Of a stretch of DNA of 60,345 bases, positions 58,112-60,345 are shown one piece after another; positions within the stretch are counted from its first letter, which is position 1; the number at the start of each line of letters is the position of its first letter. The stretch is taken from IMG/VR virus record IMGVR_UViG_3300027861_000031, positions 1-60,345 of that record, one strand, 5' to 3'. The notes under the pieces are model-generated. The model did no database searches. It was not told the origin of the DNA and saw only the letters and a list, made by a program, of their open reading frames with translations. The stretch comes from a virus. Taxonomy: Duplodnaviria; Caudoviricetes. The position numbers were made by a program, and so were the translations under genes.

Positions 58112-58949
58112 GTTTCATAATTGTTTTCCACTCTCTTTCTCCAAAATCTCTGTCAGGAGTGAAAAATTCTTCAGTATATGCTATGATTTGATCTCCATCG
58201 AATCCGCTTTTAGCCAACTCCATTGCGATTCCAAACCATTCGTTGTTTCTTCCCTTATCTTCATCAATTCCATTCGCTAGCTTATCTAAAACCCACTGAG
58301 GAATTCCATTTACAGCTCTTGGCGTTGATGCTTTCTTATGTTTTCTCTGCTCAGCAGGGTTAAGCTCTGGATGTTTTTGCAACCATTTTGCTAATTCATT
58401 ATATTTAACCCTTCCATTGAATTCTAAGAGTTTTTGCATCTGTTTCTTACCGTTTGGTCTCATATTGTGAGGGAATCTAATCGATCTAGTAGGATTTTTA
58501 GCAACTTGATCGGCTTTTGGCAAGATATTTAATATCCATTCAGCAATATCACGCCATATATCCTCAGAAGGTAGCTCTTGCTCTAGTACAATTCCAAAAT
58601 GCAGCGATTTATTGCCTGAAAACGTGCAAATTGAATACGGTAATTTACTCTTTTTAATGTAAGCCATCTGCTCTGATAAGGCTCCATCATCAAGCTCTAC
58701 CATAAAAGAACGGAAGGCTGTTACGTTAGAGTCTCTTCTAAAACCTTTTACTGGATTGATCGACATTAAACATATGTCTGTTTCATTAATATATTCATTT
58801 TCAATCCCATCCGTTGGAGATACCTGTTCAATAGCTCCGTTTAACATAGTTTGTGGAATAGAATGATATCCATAATCATTGTGAGAGACGCAAACCTGTT
58901 CGTCCGGCTCAAAAAACAAATCAATAATTTTTTTAGTACATTCTCTCAT
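58080..58949 (-). CDS. AEP/RepB-like primase with C-terminal PriCT-like region
   Basis: VELDD, SGNKSLH, RSIRFP, GRNNEWF; adjacent to the helicase. Confidence 0.7.
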   Translation of the reverse strand: MRECTKKIIDLFFEPDEQVCVSHNDYGYHSIPQTMLNGAIEQVSPTDGIENEYINETDICLMSINPVKGFRRDSNVTAFRSFMVELDDGALSEQMAYIKKSKLPYSICTFSGNKSLHFGIVLEQELPSEDIWRDIAEWILNILPKADQVAKNPTRSIRFPHNMRPNGKKQMQKLLEFNGRVKYNELAKWLQKHPELNPAEQRKHKKASTPRAVNGIPQWVLDKLANGIDEDKGRNNEWFGIAMELAKSGFDGDQIIAYTEEFFTPDRDFGEREWKTIMKHAYKRAQRQS

Positions 58950-59263
58950 TAAAACCTTTTGATAAAATTATCTTTAGCTAATTCAAAAATTGCTACCTTC
59001 GCTCCCCTGGGAGATTCTGGATATAAAAGACTAACTATCATATTACCGTGAACCTTTCGAGCAGCTTCAAACTCTCTACCCCAAGCAGACGCATTATATA
59101 TATCGTATCCCCAATATAATTTAAATTTAAGCCTAACTAATGCATAATAAAAGTCCATTTCATCTAGTTTTATCATCTGTTCTTGCAATTTTGTTACAAT
59201 AATCAGTAATATTTTGGTAAAAAACCCAATATCTGCATCAGTTTTCATTGTTTTCTCCCTCAT
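58949..59263 (-). CDS. Hypothetical protein
   Basis: Coupled ORF. Confidence 0.5.
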   Translation of the reverse strand: MREKTMKTDADIGFFTKILLIIVTKLQEQMIKLDEMDFYYALVRLKFKLYWGYDIYNASAWGREFEAARKVHGNMIVSLLYPESPRGAKVAIFELAKDNFIKRF

Positions 59264-60335
59264 TAAAGATATTTCCCATCAATTCTGCGTGTTTTTTAGC
59301 TTCTTTTCTAACTCTAGTTCTAGTCATAAAGTCCTGACTATAATTTATATATCTTCCTTTATCGTAGCCTGTTATAACTGAAATCCCAACGGCTCCTTTA
59401 AATCTATTCTTGCGAAAAATCCACTCTGTTCTAAGATTTTCTCGGTCAGCTTTTACTTCTATAGCAGTAGTTGCATGGTTCATAACGGCTTTAAACTTTT
59501 CAATTCGATCTTTAAAAGAATCGTTGTCACCGTTTGAAGCTTTTAACTGCGAAAATAATAGTATTGGAGCTGGGTATGAGCCTTTCCAATTATCTAAAAA
59601 AGTTCCTAATCGATCTAACACCATCCATTGAGCTAAGTTTGGTATCTCAATTGAAGTTTTAATATTCTGAACATAGTCAATAACTATCGCATCATACGTG
59701 GGTTTTGTTCCCATTTGACTTACAAGAGTATTGCATATTGCCTGAATACCTTCTAACGTTGTTGTTGTTCCTCCAATACCGTTGAACTTATCATCAATAA
59801 TTTCAATCCTTTTCATCAGTATTGGGTATAGTTCATTACATTTAGCCAGCTGCTCTGGGGTTACCTCGTCATGATTTGTGTAAGCCCAATTGTTGAGTAA
59901 AAATATCACACGATTTAGAATATCCGTAGAGTACTCTTCATTAGTGATTACTAAAACTCTTTTACCTTGCTTAATGTAAGATTCAACAAAGTTCGCAACA
60001 GTTGTAGATTTACCAGTTCCTGTTTCAGCGCCAAACAAGATAATGTTCCTTGGAAACAAAGCAACCTTATCTTTAAATACTTTCATACTTAAAAATGTAG
60101 CGGCTTCTTTAGCTAGTTTGATATACTCTTCATTTTCAATAGATAGTGAAGCGGCTCGAGTTGCTATATTCTCACCTATCGGCAATACATCAAAGGCATT
60201 TTGCTGCTCTTGTCTCTTCGTCAGCTCACTATACTGAATATCAACCCTAGTCTTGCGAAGCTCATACTCTTTATCTTTGAGAATTTCACCCTCAGCAATC
60301 GCTTCTTTGATAGGATTTGTTAAACTATCTTCCAC
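59238..60335 (-). CDS. SF4 (DnaB-like) replicative helicase
   Basis: GAETGTGKST Walker A, IDYVQ Walker B, SQL, KNRF. Confidence 0.85.
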   Translation of the reverse strand: MEDSLTNPIKEAIAEGEILKDKEYELRKTRVDIQYSELTKRQEQQNAFDVLPIGENIATRAASLSIENEEYIKLAKEAATFLSMKVFKDKVALFPRNIILFGAETGTGKSTTVANFVESYIKQGKRVLVITNEEYSTDILNRVIFLLNNWAYTNHDEVTPEQLAKCNELYPILMKRIEIIDDKFNGIGGTTTTLEGIQAICNTLVSQMGTKPTYDAIVIDYVQNIKTSIEIPNLAQWMVLDRLGTFLDNWKGSYPAPILLFSQLKASNGDNDSFKDRIEKFKAVMNHATTAIEVKADRENLRTEWIFRKNRFKGAVGISVITGYDKGRYINYSQDFMTRTRVRKEAKKHAELMGNIFNEGENNEN

Positions 60336-60345
60336 TACAGACCTA

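Noticed and set aside
1-60345. Alternative genetic code (stop-codon reassignment)
   Set aside because: Genes are intact and tightly packed under code 11, and all three stops end genes at coupled junctions. TAG readthrough does not repair the KTSC frame.
1-60345. CRISPR array or diversity-generating retroelement
   Set aside because: I saw no regularly spaced repeats, no reverse transcriptase and no template/variable repeat pair.

Overview
An AT-rich, densely coding segment of a large dsDNA tailed phage genome with a contractile (myovirus-type) tail; the host cannot be assigned from this window. Layout: small hypothetical ORFs (1-8 kb); tape measure, hub and spike (8.8-14.2 kb); an RNA-repair and nucleotide-handling region (16.4-30.5 kb); baseplate and tail-fibre genes on + interleaved with minus-strand blocks (30.5-53 kb); then DHFR, thymidylate synthase, a PLP aminotransferase, ClpP, a primase-like protein and an SF4 helicase on minus. 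The repair region holds Rnl2- and Rnl1-type ligases, an HD+kinase enzyme, a short CCA-type enzyme, two Pol-beta nucleotidyltransferases, and CYTH, HAD, PPP and MazG enzymes. Six free-standing GIY-YIG, HNH or EndoVII nuclease genes are present. Two recurring motifs appear: an extended -10 (TGTGGTATWAT) and a candidate late promoter (CAATCTTTAA). The most striking candidate system is three tRNA-shaped RNAs in the repair region (an atypical tRNA-His and two cloverleafs with non-canonical anticodon arms), each starting 4-6 nt after an extended -10 and so apparently leaderless, plus a predicted pseudoknot before Rnl2. All calls come from motifs read by eye; no searches or folding programs were run.
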